Source: Atractiella rhizophila | Lineage: Eukaryota | NCBI GenBank assembly: GCA_021432655.1 | Contig: MU271319.1 | Location: 35,514-94,200 of the forward strand | Direction: 5' to 3' | Length of the DNA: 58,687 bases | Shown: piece after piece, positions 12,964-25,134 of the stretch | Position numbering within the stretch: position 1 is the first letter of the stretch | How the letters are laid out: every line of letters starts with the position of its first letter | Program-made: the position numbers and the translations under genes | The notes under the pieces: generated by a model | What the model saw: only the letters and a program-made list of their open reading frames with translations | Told to the model about the DNA's origin: nothing | Databases searched by the model: none

Positions 12964-13637
12964 TTCAAAGAAGTGAGATTTCGCAAACACGAAATTTGAC
13001 GAAGTTGTTGAGTTAAACCAGGATCGGACTCATGTGACGTAACTGACCAAAGTCTATCGTGTGTGCGCCAGCCGTACATGGGGGAGTACCTGCCTCATTC
13101 CAGTTGGGAAAATGCAAATCAGATTAAAGATTGCAGGTGGCATTAAATACATGGACGTACCGCACCCCGTTGTTGTGATCATATTTCAGGGGCATACATC
13201 AAGGGAGCTCGACTTTGCTGCAGCGATCAAGTCATTTTAGAACCGTGGATTGGAAGGAAGACTATCGAAGATGTGTTAGTACGACGTGTATAGGAAGTAA
13301 AAGAAAAGGTTATCGAATATCGGTGGTCTTGTGCATTCCTCGCCCATTTGCAGACAACCCTGCATCAGCATCAACATCGAACCCCCACCGCCAACGAGTG
13401 CGCATGTTGCGGAAAGGAATGCCTTGATGATATCAGCGGGCGGAGAGCAGAGCAGAGAAATTTGACAAGAGGTGTAAGGATCCAGTATGAACGCGAACGA
13501 GGTTTACGATTGCATCATCAACATTCTACAACATCATGCTTCACAAGCCTTTCGCCCTGCAACCCGGGAAAAATCAGAATGCAAACAAACAACGTCCTGG
13601 TATGAAGCCAACGAAAGAATCCCAAGATATTAGAATA

Positions 13638-15321
13638 TTAGACCTCATAGCTGTGCACGGTCGAAAAGTTCGAAACAGTCTCCGCCTTCTTCTCACTAAA
13701 CAAACGTGGGGAGTGAACATCTTCGAGCTGTACCGCCTGTTCCACGACATCAGACTGCTGCACAGACACCTCGTTAACCTTCCCCTTTTTCAGATCAGAT
13801 CACTTAAACAGAGGAGATGAGCAAAGACGCACAAAAATTTGGTCATGGAATCGGGCCCTGGAGCGTTCCCGTGAAGATTGCGTGTTTCCCCGCTCATGGC
13901 TCGCTGCAGGGAGTAGGGTGGCGAAAGCAGCTTCGTATAGAACGAGCGCCGCTACCACGTACAACTGTGCCTTGTCGATCAGCTACACGTTTGCATGGAA
14001 AAGATTGATTCGACCTTTGCAATGAAATATCCAAATGCTCCCCATACGCCATCACGCTTCATACCATCTTCAGTGATTTGATTTGGTGTAGGGAAAGAGG
14101 ACAAACTGGTTTAAGGATAATCAACAGCAGTTCCGCCATCTAATTTCCGTTAGCATTCATAACCTTCAATAACGATCAACACACCTGTGTTAGGGTTGGT
14201 ATGAGTCCAGTTTCAAGTGTCAGCTTGCTAAGGTACGTTGAGCAACATTAGCCCAAATAAACAAAGCCTGGGAGCCTTACATGAACTATCATGAAGTGAT
14301 CAGTTGATAGCTTAGTACCAAAGGAGGAACGCACCTTTGTGGCCATGAAGCTGGTCTTGGAGAAATCTGATTTTGTTTTGTGCTGTCGGAGATGATAAAC
14401 CATGCAAGCGCAGAGGATCACATCCACCGCCGAAGCACCTACCATAAATAAACACTTCAAAACTTTCTTCGAGGAACGGAGAAGCGGACTTACAGCCCAG
14501 GGCTAGGATCGCGGGAACGAGCAGATGTGGGAAGAAATTGACAATGGGTCCTGATTCGACGCTGGCGCCGATGAAGAAGCCAACGAGCTATTACACGTTG
14601 TAAGCTTCATTGTTACATCGGTATGGATGGAGAATTTACTGAGGCGATTATCAACGCTCCCGCCACACAGAGGCACCTTTCCACCGCATTAGTTCTGACC
14701 AAAGGGAGCGTAGTCGTACACGTATGTAACAACCTTTGCCAGGTGATGGGAAGGGCTAAACTTCTCCATGCCCCTTGATAACAAGTCATCAGGCCCAGGT
14801 GTACCATGTTTCAGGAACGAGAAGTGACGAACCGAATAATTCGCAAGATGCGGTAGATGTAGAGCAGTTGGACGTACACCGTGAGAATGCCTTGAAATAT
14901 TGTGGAAGGGACTGTTAAACCAGCATCTGAGAAAGTCATACAATTGGAGAGATAAGAAGGCAAACTGATTGATCGATTGACAGGTATGAAAAACACGTGC
15001 GACCCATCAAGAGCGACACTCTGCATGTAGGTAACGTAGAAAATGAATTTGTTCACGCTGTGGCCAGCATCAACAGTGAGGGAGGGGGAAGGGAAACACG
15101 GACGTGTCTCCAAAACTGATCCAGAAGAGGCCCATGAGTATCCACCAGGACCTGGAGTACGAAGTCGCGCGTTCATGCATGAGCTTGAAGACGTGCAGGA
15201 ACTGATGCAGGGATATGCCGAACAAGATGAAGCCGATGGAAGCGCCGACGACGGCGGGCAGGATGTGAAGGCGGTAGAGCCCCTTCTCCCACGGCACGAA
15301 AGTGTCATCTGGCGCGCTCAT
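13638..15321 (-). CDS. Basidiomycete multi-pass membrane protein, DUF6534-type
   Basis: Starts MSAPDDTFVPWEKG with a TATA-like CTTATATAAG at 15401-15410. Hydrophobic exons include GASIGFILFGISLHQF, GILTVYVQLLYIYRI, ASAVDVILCACMVYHLRQHKTKSDFSKT and LTLETGLIPT. It ends ...TVHSYEV*. Confidence 0.72.
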
Positions 15322-15639
15322 GTTTGTGATGGCGAGGGGCGACGAGGAAAGCGAGGAAAGCAAAGAGCGAACTGAGTTCCGGAACGAGGAACGGTCGCAG
15401 CTTATATAAGTAGGAGCAGCTACAACACACCCAAAGACTGTGTCACCCCGGGACTTGCTCGCTTCGTGGGGCCTCGCTAAGAGCTTCGAGTTCAGTCGGT
15501 GGATGTTGAATCCTGGTGAATCGAAGCCAGTGCCAACCCGTAACCCGAGGTTCGAGTTCCGAAGTGATCGATCTGATCGCTTGTAAACCCAGCCTTTGAT
15601 TCAAAGGTGTGAATACCATCTCCGCAATATCAGAGCTCA

Positions 15640-16450
15640 AATAGCTTCAGATAGTTAGAGCTCTTTCCCAAATTCAAGTAACTGAACTGAGGCTGATCCT
15701 GATCCAAGGTGCATTTGAAGAAGGTTGGGCTCTCTTCAATCCTTTCAATCTCTTCTCAGCAACGCGGGCGAGATGATTTCCGCAGGTGATCGATATGATC
15801 GTGCACATTTCTTGGTGCCTTGGTATTCGAAGCTGAGTTGAACTGATAAGTTCCAGGTTGAGGAGTTGACATTTCCCCTCAACTAGTCTTATCGTTTCAG
15901 AAACTATCCGTCATGATCGAATTAAGGCTCGGATAGAATGGGAGGAGGAACACCCCAACTTTCGCTGTGGCGCGAGCTGACGCGACGCGACGTTTGCTGA
16001 CAAATCTACTAATGAGAATCGAAAAAGAACCCCGGAAAACAACAAACCCAACCTCCCAACGGGTCCCAAGAAAAAGAAGGGGAAAAACCACGAAAGAAGT
16101 CGAAGCTGGAAGAGGAAGGGGAACGAATAGCATTTGTCTGTATGAATGCAAAGCAGATCATCATGAGCTTGCTTCGCGATCATCCATCGACTGTCAATCA
16201 TGAATTCCATGTAACGAGTTCATCCCCAGCATGGAGTGACCATGAAATCTCTCTCGAAGAAGTGAGAAACTCTTGTGGTTCGGGATTCATCATGCGCTGA
16301 AAAAAGTCATGAATACATCATGAGATGTACGAGATCACGAGATGTAATGAAAATGTCTTGATTGACTTATCATTTCATGAAAGATCCCATGTACAACGAT
16401 CACAAGTACAACTAGTTCAGCCTGAGTTCAACTGATGAGGGGATACTGTA
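15640..16450. mobile_element. Decayed non-autonomous Tc1/mariner/pogo-like relic (tentative)
   Basis: Minus strand from 16450 reads TACAGTATCCCCTC (TA + CAGT start). TGAACT(G/C)AGGCTGA occurs in inverted orientation at ~15683 and ~16417-16430. TCATGA/CATG/TCACGA motifs are dense at 16155-16400. No coding capacity. Confidence 0.3.
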
Positions 16451-16590
16451 GTCAATGCGGAAAGAAGCGCAAAGGACGACTTTACGCACTCTTCTGAAAT
16501 ATTCAATTTTCTCCTTCCCAGCTGATAATTAAGAGGAGTTGTTTAGTGATGCTGCGCTGAAGTAATGATGGTGGGAAGTGGAAACCTCGG

Positions 16591-16609
16591 GGGCCAAGTC
16601 GCGACGCGT
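16591..16609 (+). promoter_or_regulatory. MCB (MluI cell-cycle box)-like element upstream of MCM4
   Basis: TCGCGACGCGT (two CGCG cores, including ACGCGT) lies ~107 bp upstream of the ATG of a replication-licensing gene. Confidence 0.55.
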
Positions 16610-16715
16610 CAAACCACGACAAGTGCAAATCTCTCCACTCAATCTGTCTTCTTTTGTCTTGAGACACATCGACATCGACATCATCAGGATCATTGAAAGC
16701 GCTCGCTAGCACGCG

Positions 16716-19700
16716 ATGTCCTCCCCTCCGCCCTCCGGCGAACCGAACCGCTCCTCCTCCCCGCTCTTCTTCGGCACCTCCTCCCCCTCCCAACCCCGAA
16801 CCCGCGCAGGCCAGCCGCCGTCCTCAGCGCAAGTCACGCCGCGTCGCCCGAACGCGTCACATGCGTCTCAAGCGGACTCCACGCCGCTGCGCTTCCCTTC
16901 GTCCGCTGCTCGTGGAGTGGCTGGCAGCGGGGGAGGACTGTTCTTTCCCCCGTCTTCGGCGGGTGGGACGGCGAGGAGTAGGAGGGTGCAGGATCTGTTG
17001 AGGGATGAAGTCATGGGTGGAGGCAGTCAGGGGAGCGGGTTGGATAGCGATGGGAGTAGGCTGCAGTTTCCTGGGTACGCGATTATCTATTGTGTTCTGT
17101 AGGGTAAAAGGAAGACGCGTTTAAAATCGAGAAATTGGAGAAAGATGGAGCTAGTCAAAGTGGTTGTTGTGATCAGCCCAGATCAGAACATTGCATTAAT
17201 GCAACTTGAATGAATCTGATGCCTGACCTCTGAATAGGTCTGCGAATGCCACTCCCGTCCGTGGAGGCGCTCGACGGCCCGCAAGAGGAGACATCCACTC
17301 CTCCGTCCCCTTCGACTCCCCATCCAATGCCCAGAACGCCCGTCGGCGCGTCCCCGCCTCTCACGGTGACCCTGCGCCATCGTCCAACGCCGACGTGACG
17401 ATGGACGAAGCAGACGCAGAGAACAACGCGGAGCCTCGCACCGTCATCTGGGGAACCTTGGTCTCCTTGAACCGCACCATCGCCGCCTTTCGAACCTTCC
17501 TCACGACCTTCAGAGCGGCCGATCGCGCGAAGCTCTATCCGCCTACGTACCCGGCTTCGCCTTATAGTGAAGAGGATGCGGAGAAGAGGGTTTATTGGGA
17601 TTTGTTGAGGAAGATGAGGCAGACGGGGGAGACTAATCTCAATTTGTCGATGTTGGACCTGTGGAGTTTTGGTGGGAAGGGCAGGGAGTGTTATGACCTA
17701 CTTATCAATTGGCCCCAGGAGGTGGTACCCGTTTTTGATCAGTGTGTGAAGGATATGGTGCTCGAGCAGGCGGAGCAGGAAGGCGCGGCTGATGAAGAAC
17801 TCGACGAATTGGAAGGAGGAATTTTTAAAGTCAGACCTGTGGGGGGAGAGTGTGGCGAGGGGAAAGGAAAGGACAGATGGGGGATTAAGGGAGATGAAGA
17901 TAACGTTGGAAAAGGAGTCAGAATGAGAGACCTCAATCCGTCAGGTACACTGCCCTTTACTTTCAAGTAGGAATATTGCTGATGGCTATGTCTAGACATC
18001 GACAAGCTCGTATCGATTAAAGGACTCGTTATTCGTACAACGACTGTGATCCCAGATATGAAGACGGCCTTCTTCCGTTGCATCTCCTGCTCTCATACCA
18101 TGACTTCAGTCATCGATCGAGGACGCATTGCCGAACCTGAAAAGTGCCCAAGGGAAGTCTGCAATTTGCAAGGAGGCATGCAACTGGTGCACAACCGCTG
18201 CGAATTCAGCGACCGGCAGGTCGTACGTTTGCAGGAAACCCCTGGTTAGTTTTTTCATTTTTCTCATGGAGATCTATCGAACTTAACTGTCTGATGGATA
18301 GACGCCGTACCCGATGGCCAGACTCCTCACACCATATCTCTATGCCTCTACGACGAGCTTGTGGACGTCGCGAAACCTGGAGATCGTATAACGGCCACCG
18401 GCATCTTCCGTTCCGTCGCCGTGAGACAAAATCCGAAGCAGAGAACGATCAAGACGCTCTTCAAAACCTACATCGACGTCGTTCACGTCCGTCGCACAAC
18501 CAAAGGCAAGCTTGGTGTCGATGCCTCGACGCGCGAAAACGGTCGTGTGACGATGAGTGTCGGCGTTGGGTTTGCGGGGTTGAATGCGGAGGAGAGGGAG
18601 GAACAGGAGGGTGAAGATAGGGTAATGGACGAGTTGGCGTCCAATGTCGATGGAGGAGAGCGGGATGGCGGACGGCGAGAGTTGGAAAGAAGGTTGAGAG
18701 AGTTGAGTCGGCGGGAGGACATTTATGAGGTCCTTAGTCGGAGCGTAGCACCGAGCATTTGGGAGATGAACGACGTCAAGAAGGGTATACTCTTACAAAT
18801 GTTTGGAGGAACAAACAAGAGTATCGAAAGAGGAGGTGGAGCGGGAGGTCCGAGATATCGTGGGGATATCAATGTCCTGCTGGTTGGAGACCCTGGTACC
18901 AGTAAAAGTCAGCTGCTCTCAGTAAGTACCACGGCTAGGAAATTTTGGTCTGACGCGAAGTTCGATCAGTACGTCCATCGAATCGCTCCTCGAGGCGTCT
19001 ACACCAGCGGAAAGGGTAGTTCGGCTGTTGGATTGACGGCGTATGTAACGCGTGATCCTGATTCTAGACAGCTGGTGCTGGAAAGGTACCTAGTTCCGTT
19101 GCTGCACATCCAGTTGGAGGTTGACAATCCGTCTCCAGTGGCGCGTTAGTGCTTAGTGACGGAGGAATCTGCTGCATCGACGAATTTGACAAAATGTCAG
19201 ACGCTACTCGATCTGTCCTCCACGAAGTCATGGCGAGTGCCTTCTTCGTTCACAGTCAATCAGCTGATTATAGGCGCGGCAGGAACAACAAACGGTCTCT
19301 ATCGCCAAAGCTGGAATCATCACCACTCTCAATGCTCGTACATCCATCCTCGCGGCAGCAAATCCGGTTAATTCAAAATACGATCGAAAGCAGCCCATAG
19401 CGAAAAACATTGACTTGCCTCCGACTCTGATTTCTCGATTCGATCTGCTCTATTTGGTACTAGACCAGATTGACGAGGCAAACGATAGACGCTTGGCAAA
19501 GCACCTTGTTGGGTTATACCTTGAAGACAAGCCAGAGACTGGTGGCGTTGACGTCTTGGTAAGTCCCCAAATGCTGCTGAGGGATGTAGAGTGAACATGA
19601 GGCAGCCGATCGAAACCTTGACTGCATACATCTCCTACGCTCGCAACAACATCCACCCCATCCTCACCGAAGCAGCCTCGAATTCGCTTGTGAAATCTTA

Positions 19701-20239
19701 TGTTGAGATGCGAAAGGTAGGGGAAGACGTTAGAGGAACGGATAAACGCATCACAGCTACAACACGGCAGTTAGAAAGTATGATTCGGTTCGTCAGTTCT
19801 CTTACATCGTTTGTGATGAATCACTGACGATTTTGCTTGCAGGCTCAGCGAAGCACATGCAAGGATGAGATTCAGTGAGACTGTCGATGAAGAAGATGTC
19901 GTCGAAGCCTATCGTCTCATCCGTTCTGCGATCAAGGAATCAGCAACGGATCCCAACACTGGACTGATTGACCTCGACCTCCTGAACACTGGACAAGGCG
20001 TGCAGCAACGCCGTCTGCGTGGGGATTTGCGGCGTGAGATCATCAACTATTTGGAGGCGAATGATGCTCAGAATAGAGGTGTGCGGTGGATGGAGCTCAT
20101 CAAAGGCCTAGAGGGACAGAGTAGCATCAGGATCGAGGCGAATGAGTTCGCAGAGATTGTGAGAGGATTGGAGAACGAGGGATCTGTGAAGGTGACAGGA
20201 GATAGGGAGAGGAGGACTATTAAGCGCTTGGTGGCCTAA
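16716..20239 (+). CDS. MCM4: DNA replication licensing factor MCM4 (Cdc54/Cdc21)
   Basis: S/TP-rich N-terminus, [40 protein letters not shown] zinc finger, [35 protein letters not shown] (Walker A), CCIDEFDKM (Walker B), [15 protein letters not shown] and a C-terminal winged helix. Multi-exon, including a GC-AG intron at 19233-19282. Confidence 0.97.
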
Positions 20240-20803
20240 ACGAATTCTCACAATGTCGTATTTCATTTGGCTGTTAATGTATGACCTTGGGCTGATTTTT
20301 TAATCACAATTATAAATTAAACGAGTATTCATTGGATATAGATCAGAATAAATGCGGCCTCCTCTCCTTTCCTCTCTTCCCGTTTATGGTCGTGGGTCAC
20401 GTCCATCCATCAAAGCAAAACAAAACAACGTTTTCAGCCTCACAACTTCATCCGTATACTGGTACATCAGCTATCCGCTGTGACTTGACACCCTCAAAGG
20501 ACTCGCTACTCAATTTTCGATGAGTCTTGAGTTATTACATGGAATTATTACATGTATTTGTCTATGAGAGACCTTCATCTTCTACACTCTCGTACTACAG
20601 AGCTGTTGCAACAGTTGGGAGGACTGGCCCCCTCCACACCGGCCCCTCCAACACTTCCGCACTTGCGTATCGAGGCAATCTCCAAGCTATTCATGGTCCG
20701 TTACGGCCCGTCTCCAGCCTCTTCTCTCGATCTGCTTGACGTATCGTAGTGAGAGCGCAAAGCGACATCTTTAAAGTCTTGAGGTGGGAACATTCGATGC
20801 CTT

Positions 20804-21435
20804 CTACTCCGCCTCCCTCAGCGACTCCAGGAGGACCATAAGTGGGTTATCTTCCATATCCTCTCCCACCTCCTCTTCCGCATCCTCCCTCGTGGAATTT
20901 CGAGCTCCAGATCGATGCTGAGCAGCCATCTGCATAGCTCGCACCCACCGGTCGTCCTCTTCGTCCTCCACCTCGATGCGCTTAGAGTGATCCAGCCCCA
21001 ATCCCTGCCGATTAGTTACAGGCCGAATGGGACGCGCTTGCGTTAACTTGCCAACGTTGTGCGCGAGACGATCGAGGGCAGCTGAGAGGTGCGGATTGTC
21101 CATCGACACCGTGGCTTGCATCGGGCGGATGGCGGGGAGTGGTGATTCAAACTCGATGGATGGCTTCGCCGATCGGGATCGTCCGCTTTTCGACTTCGAA
21201 GATGGTGATGTAGACCCAGATGTGGAGGTTGATCCAGGAGTCATGGGCGAAGGGATGGACGACATGTCGGGATATGTAGTCCTGATTCTGCTAACTTCAT
21301 CAGCTCAATGTCAAGGAAGAAAGAAAAGACAAACTGGTTGAGAGACTTCAAGTTATTACCAGCTCCAATAAAACTGGACTCCATCCAATCAGAAGTAGAT
21401 GCCGAGTTGGAGAAGGAGCTTGATGACGACATCAT
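20804..21435 (-). CDS. Hypothetical Ser-rich protein (partial model)
   Basis: ORFs 20804..21265 and 21241..21435 have protein-like composition and are separated by an intron-like segment. No domain recognised. Confidence 0.4.
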
Positions 21436-23237
21436 AGAATGAATAGCTGCTTGTTTGATAGTATTGATGCTGAACTGGATAAGGATGTGATTTGGGGTGC
21501 CTAGCCAAGTCCAGCTATTTATGCCAGAAGGATGAATGAAAAACGGAGGTTGTGGAGGACGACCTTCATTCGCCTGGCCTCCACATCATCCTCCAATAAA
21601 TGGCGGCATGGTGAAGGAGCGATGTGTCAGCGGTTTTCACGGCGCGGATCTGCGGTGGAGTGGCCGACTTCGCGAACGACAACGCCGAACACGGAAGGCG
21701 ATAAGGGCCGACGCGAAGCATGCTTCCTGCACAACTTTGAACATCGAATTGGTGGTTCCATCTCTTTCCAAAGAAGGTTGAGAAGAAGCACGTCCCGACG
21801 TCATTGGGTGATTTGGGCAGATAGCCTGTCTGCCTGGGATGAACCCATCTTACACATGCACACAAGCTAGGAAGAGTTTCGAGGCTCGAGGACGTTATGC
21901 AAGTTATTCCGCGGAACAGTCTGTCACAGAGGAATGTTGGGAAAGGCAATTTCACTCCTCTACTCGTCCCGAGCCGTGCAGTTCGCTGCATAATGACGGA
22001 TACGATAACGCCAGTTTGCTAAACACCAATCCACTCAAATCCACAGCAGACTTAGTATTAGGAAAAAGTCATGAGGTCTAATTATATAAAGCGCAGTTCA
22101 TTAACTGAACCTACATCCCTGTTGATCGCTTTCAAGCTGCTTGGTGTTACACAACAGAGAAATGCCGATATAGCCAACTGGTGAGGAGGAAGGACATAAC
22201 AGGTCCCTCGACATTGCTTGCAGTCAAGTTGGCGTCCGTTAGCTCTATTCCATTGCTGGCGCTATCGCGTACTATCGGAATAGGGCTCAACTATTGCGAC
22301 TTATATAGGAACAGGTGCAATATCGTCTTGAAACCTTTGCTTATGAAACGGAACAAGGAAGCTCGAAACTGAATCCTACTGACTCCTTACAATAACTCAA
22401 AATCAACGACCCCACCGCTATTTGTTCACGCGTCATCTTGAGACGTCGCCAAATCCCTGGCCGAATACTTTGAAATGACACTTGTTAGCATTTGTTTGCT
22501 TTTAGGTTCCGGCGTATTTTGAATTGTTGAATTTTAGAATTGTTGGATTTTACGGGTTACAACAAACCCAAGGTGAGGTTCTTGAATTTACTGTATTGAC
22601 TCAACGTCGTGTTGAGAGCAAGTACTCAAGGGGTTGCTTGACATCGTGCTGTGTGTGGTGAAAGATGAGGAGAGCCTGATTATTTCTACCCTTAACCTTG
22701 CTGATCTGGTGCATTGCGAGCGATGAAATGCTCGAAACATCCCCATGATCCAGACCAATCCCTGCTTCGAGGTCCAGTCATGATAGTGGAACATACCGGA
22801 GGGTTTCCTTGAACTGGATCACACTTACTCTTTTATTCAGCTTGTTATCTGGTTAGTGCACTGAAGTACCGGCAACAAGAAAAGATGGCACCTTCAGGCA
22901 CTATCAAATTCGCTCAGTGTGTGCTGCCTCACTGTGCTTGCGATTGTCCAACTCATATGAAATCTAATTCGGACTTCTCTGAGCTATTATTTGCATGTAT
23001 CAGCCCAAGGGTGAGGGCGGGACTCGCAGACTGTGTGTTGAGTTGGTATTTCATCTCAACTCTCTCTCCGCTCGTTAGGGTGAATCACCTGAGAGGGTTT
23101 CTTCCTTCGCCTAAACGTGGCGAACTGTGGATGACACTAAGTCGTCTACCCTAAACTATTGTTTGTGAGAGCTCATCTTACAAGATCTCCCATGTGCAAG
23201 TACTAACAATCGCATTTAGTTTGATAGGCGTCCAAAG

Positions 23238-24942
23238 ATGCTCGATTTCAACGAGTTAGAATTCAACAAGGTCCTGTCTACCTTGGTAGAAGTGGTCACA
23301 CGGCATCGTCGAGATCTTTCTGACCGTCCAATTCTCCCACCTCCGTTCCCAAGCGACAACGAGCATAGGATCCCCACGATGCTTCCCATTCAATCTCAGT
23401 CTCTGGAACACACCTTTTCGCTTTTGTGTGACGAAATCTTGCCTCGATTGGGGACCTATAACTCGCCAAGATTCTTTGGATTCGTAACCGGTGGTGTGAC
23501 CGATGCCTCACTCTGTGCGTTCATCTTAGCTGTCTCCACCACGTTGTCATAGTAGCTAATGTGATATGCCTTCGTAGTGGCAGACATGCTGCTGCCTTCA
23601 TTAGATCGACATGTTCAAGTGCATTCACCTCTTGACCCACTACCGGCCCTCCTTGAAGCTCTGACGCTGCATTTCGTCCTCTCTCTCCTTTCGCCGCCAT
23701 CATCTCCGACTCTCCTGCAAGAACGCTTCGCGTCTCGCACACTTACGACTGGTGCGACCTCCAGCAACATCCTCGGACTTGCTTGCGGAAGGGATTTCGT
23801 GCTGCAGCAGTATGGAGTCTCAGTAGCAGACGACGGCTTTGCTGGTCACAGGGTCGTGGTTCTTCACGCAGCCTCTCACGCGAGTGTATCGAAAGCCGCT
23901 TCGTTGGTAGGCATCGGGAGGAAGCAATGTTATGACCTCGGGGTGGGAGGGAGGGAGTGGGACTTCGATCTTGAAAAGCTGGAGGAGAGACTAAAGGAGG
24001 CGAAAGAGAAAGGAGACGGAGTGATTGTCGTCGCGCAATTAGGGGAAGTGAACACTGTGTGTACCATATGTACCATGTTTCTCAAAAGATGTCATTAACG
24101 TTGAAGATATAGGGAGGCATGACCGCGGATCTACCAGCCATTCGGCAGCTTTGCAATGACTACGATGCCTGGTTACACATTGACGGAGGTAACGTCTTCT
24201 TTCTTCTTTCTTCTATTGCTCATCCATGTCTAACTTCAAAATGCTAGCATTTGGCGCATTTGCCGCTCTTCTCCCTACGCTCTTCCCAACTGTTTCTCGC
24301 GATCTTGCACTCGCTGATTCTCTTACCCTCGACGGACACAAGTGGCTGAACGTTCCATACGACTGTGCCCTCTTCTATTCCCGCTCGCGGACTCTCCAAA
24401 CCAGCGTTTTCGGTATCAATGCAGCGTATCTCTCAACTTCGAGCGATAAAGCAGACGCCGATGTTCCTCTGATAGATCCCCTCCCCCCTTTGAAAAGTAT
24501 CATTCCCACACTGGAGAGCCCTCTTAATATGGGTATCGAGAACTCAAGGCGTTTTCGCGCGCTTCCTCTTTTTGCGAGCCTGATCTGTCTTGGGCGAGAA
24601 GGCTACACAGATATCGTTTCTCGCAATATCGCCTTCGCTCGTCAAATTGTTTCTTGGATGCGAGAAGAGAAAAAAGACGACTACGAAGTGCTACTTCCTC
24701 CCAATGTGGACGTACTCAACGTTGTTCTCTTTAAATCAAGGAAAGGCACTGGTGCCGAAATGGTCAAGAAGATCAATGAGCAAGGTAGGATGTTCGTGAC
24801 TGGGACCAAGTGGAGGGGGGAAGATGCTGCAAGACTGGCTGTTTCAAACTGGATGACAGGATTGGATCATGGGAAGGGAAAAGAAGAAGATTGGGTTATA
24901 GTGAAAAGAGTGTTGGAAAAAGTTGCGAGCGAGATGGCGTGA
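23238..24942 (+). CDS. Group II pyridoxal-phosphate-dependent decarboxylase (aromatic-amino-acid/diaminobutyrate decarboxylase-like)
   Basis: SPRFFGFVTGG, TTGATSSNILGLACGR, HASVSKAASLVGIG, WLHIDG|AFG, ADSLTLDGHKWLNVPYD (PLP lysine) and ENSRRFRALP, over four exons. Confidence 0.92.
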
Positions 24943-25134
24943 CAACTCTCGAAGGATGTTTGCGGTCTGATGGTACGGCGAGACAGATACAACAAGCACA
25001 AATGAGACAATTTTTCATGGATTTCATTCGTCAGTGTGCCATGATACATCAAGATAACATCACGCATGATTCAGAGACAGAAAACGGGGGGTCAAGGGTC
25101 CTCTGGAAATATAGAAAAGAAGCCTCCGGCTCAG

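Noticed and set aside
23238..24942. Secondary-metabolite gene cluster around the PLP decarboxylase
   Set aside because: The neighbours are protein kinases and a hypothetical protein; no synthase, P450, methyltransferase or transporter lies nearby.
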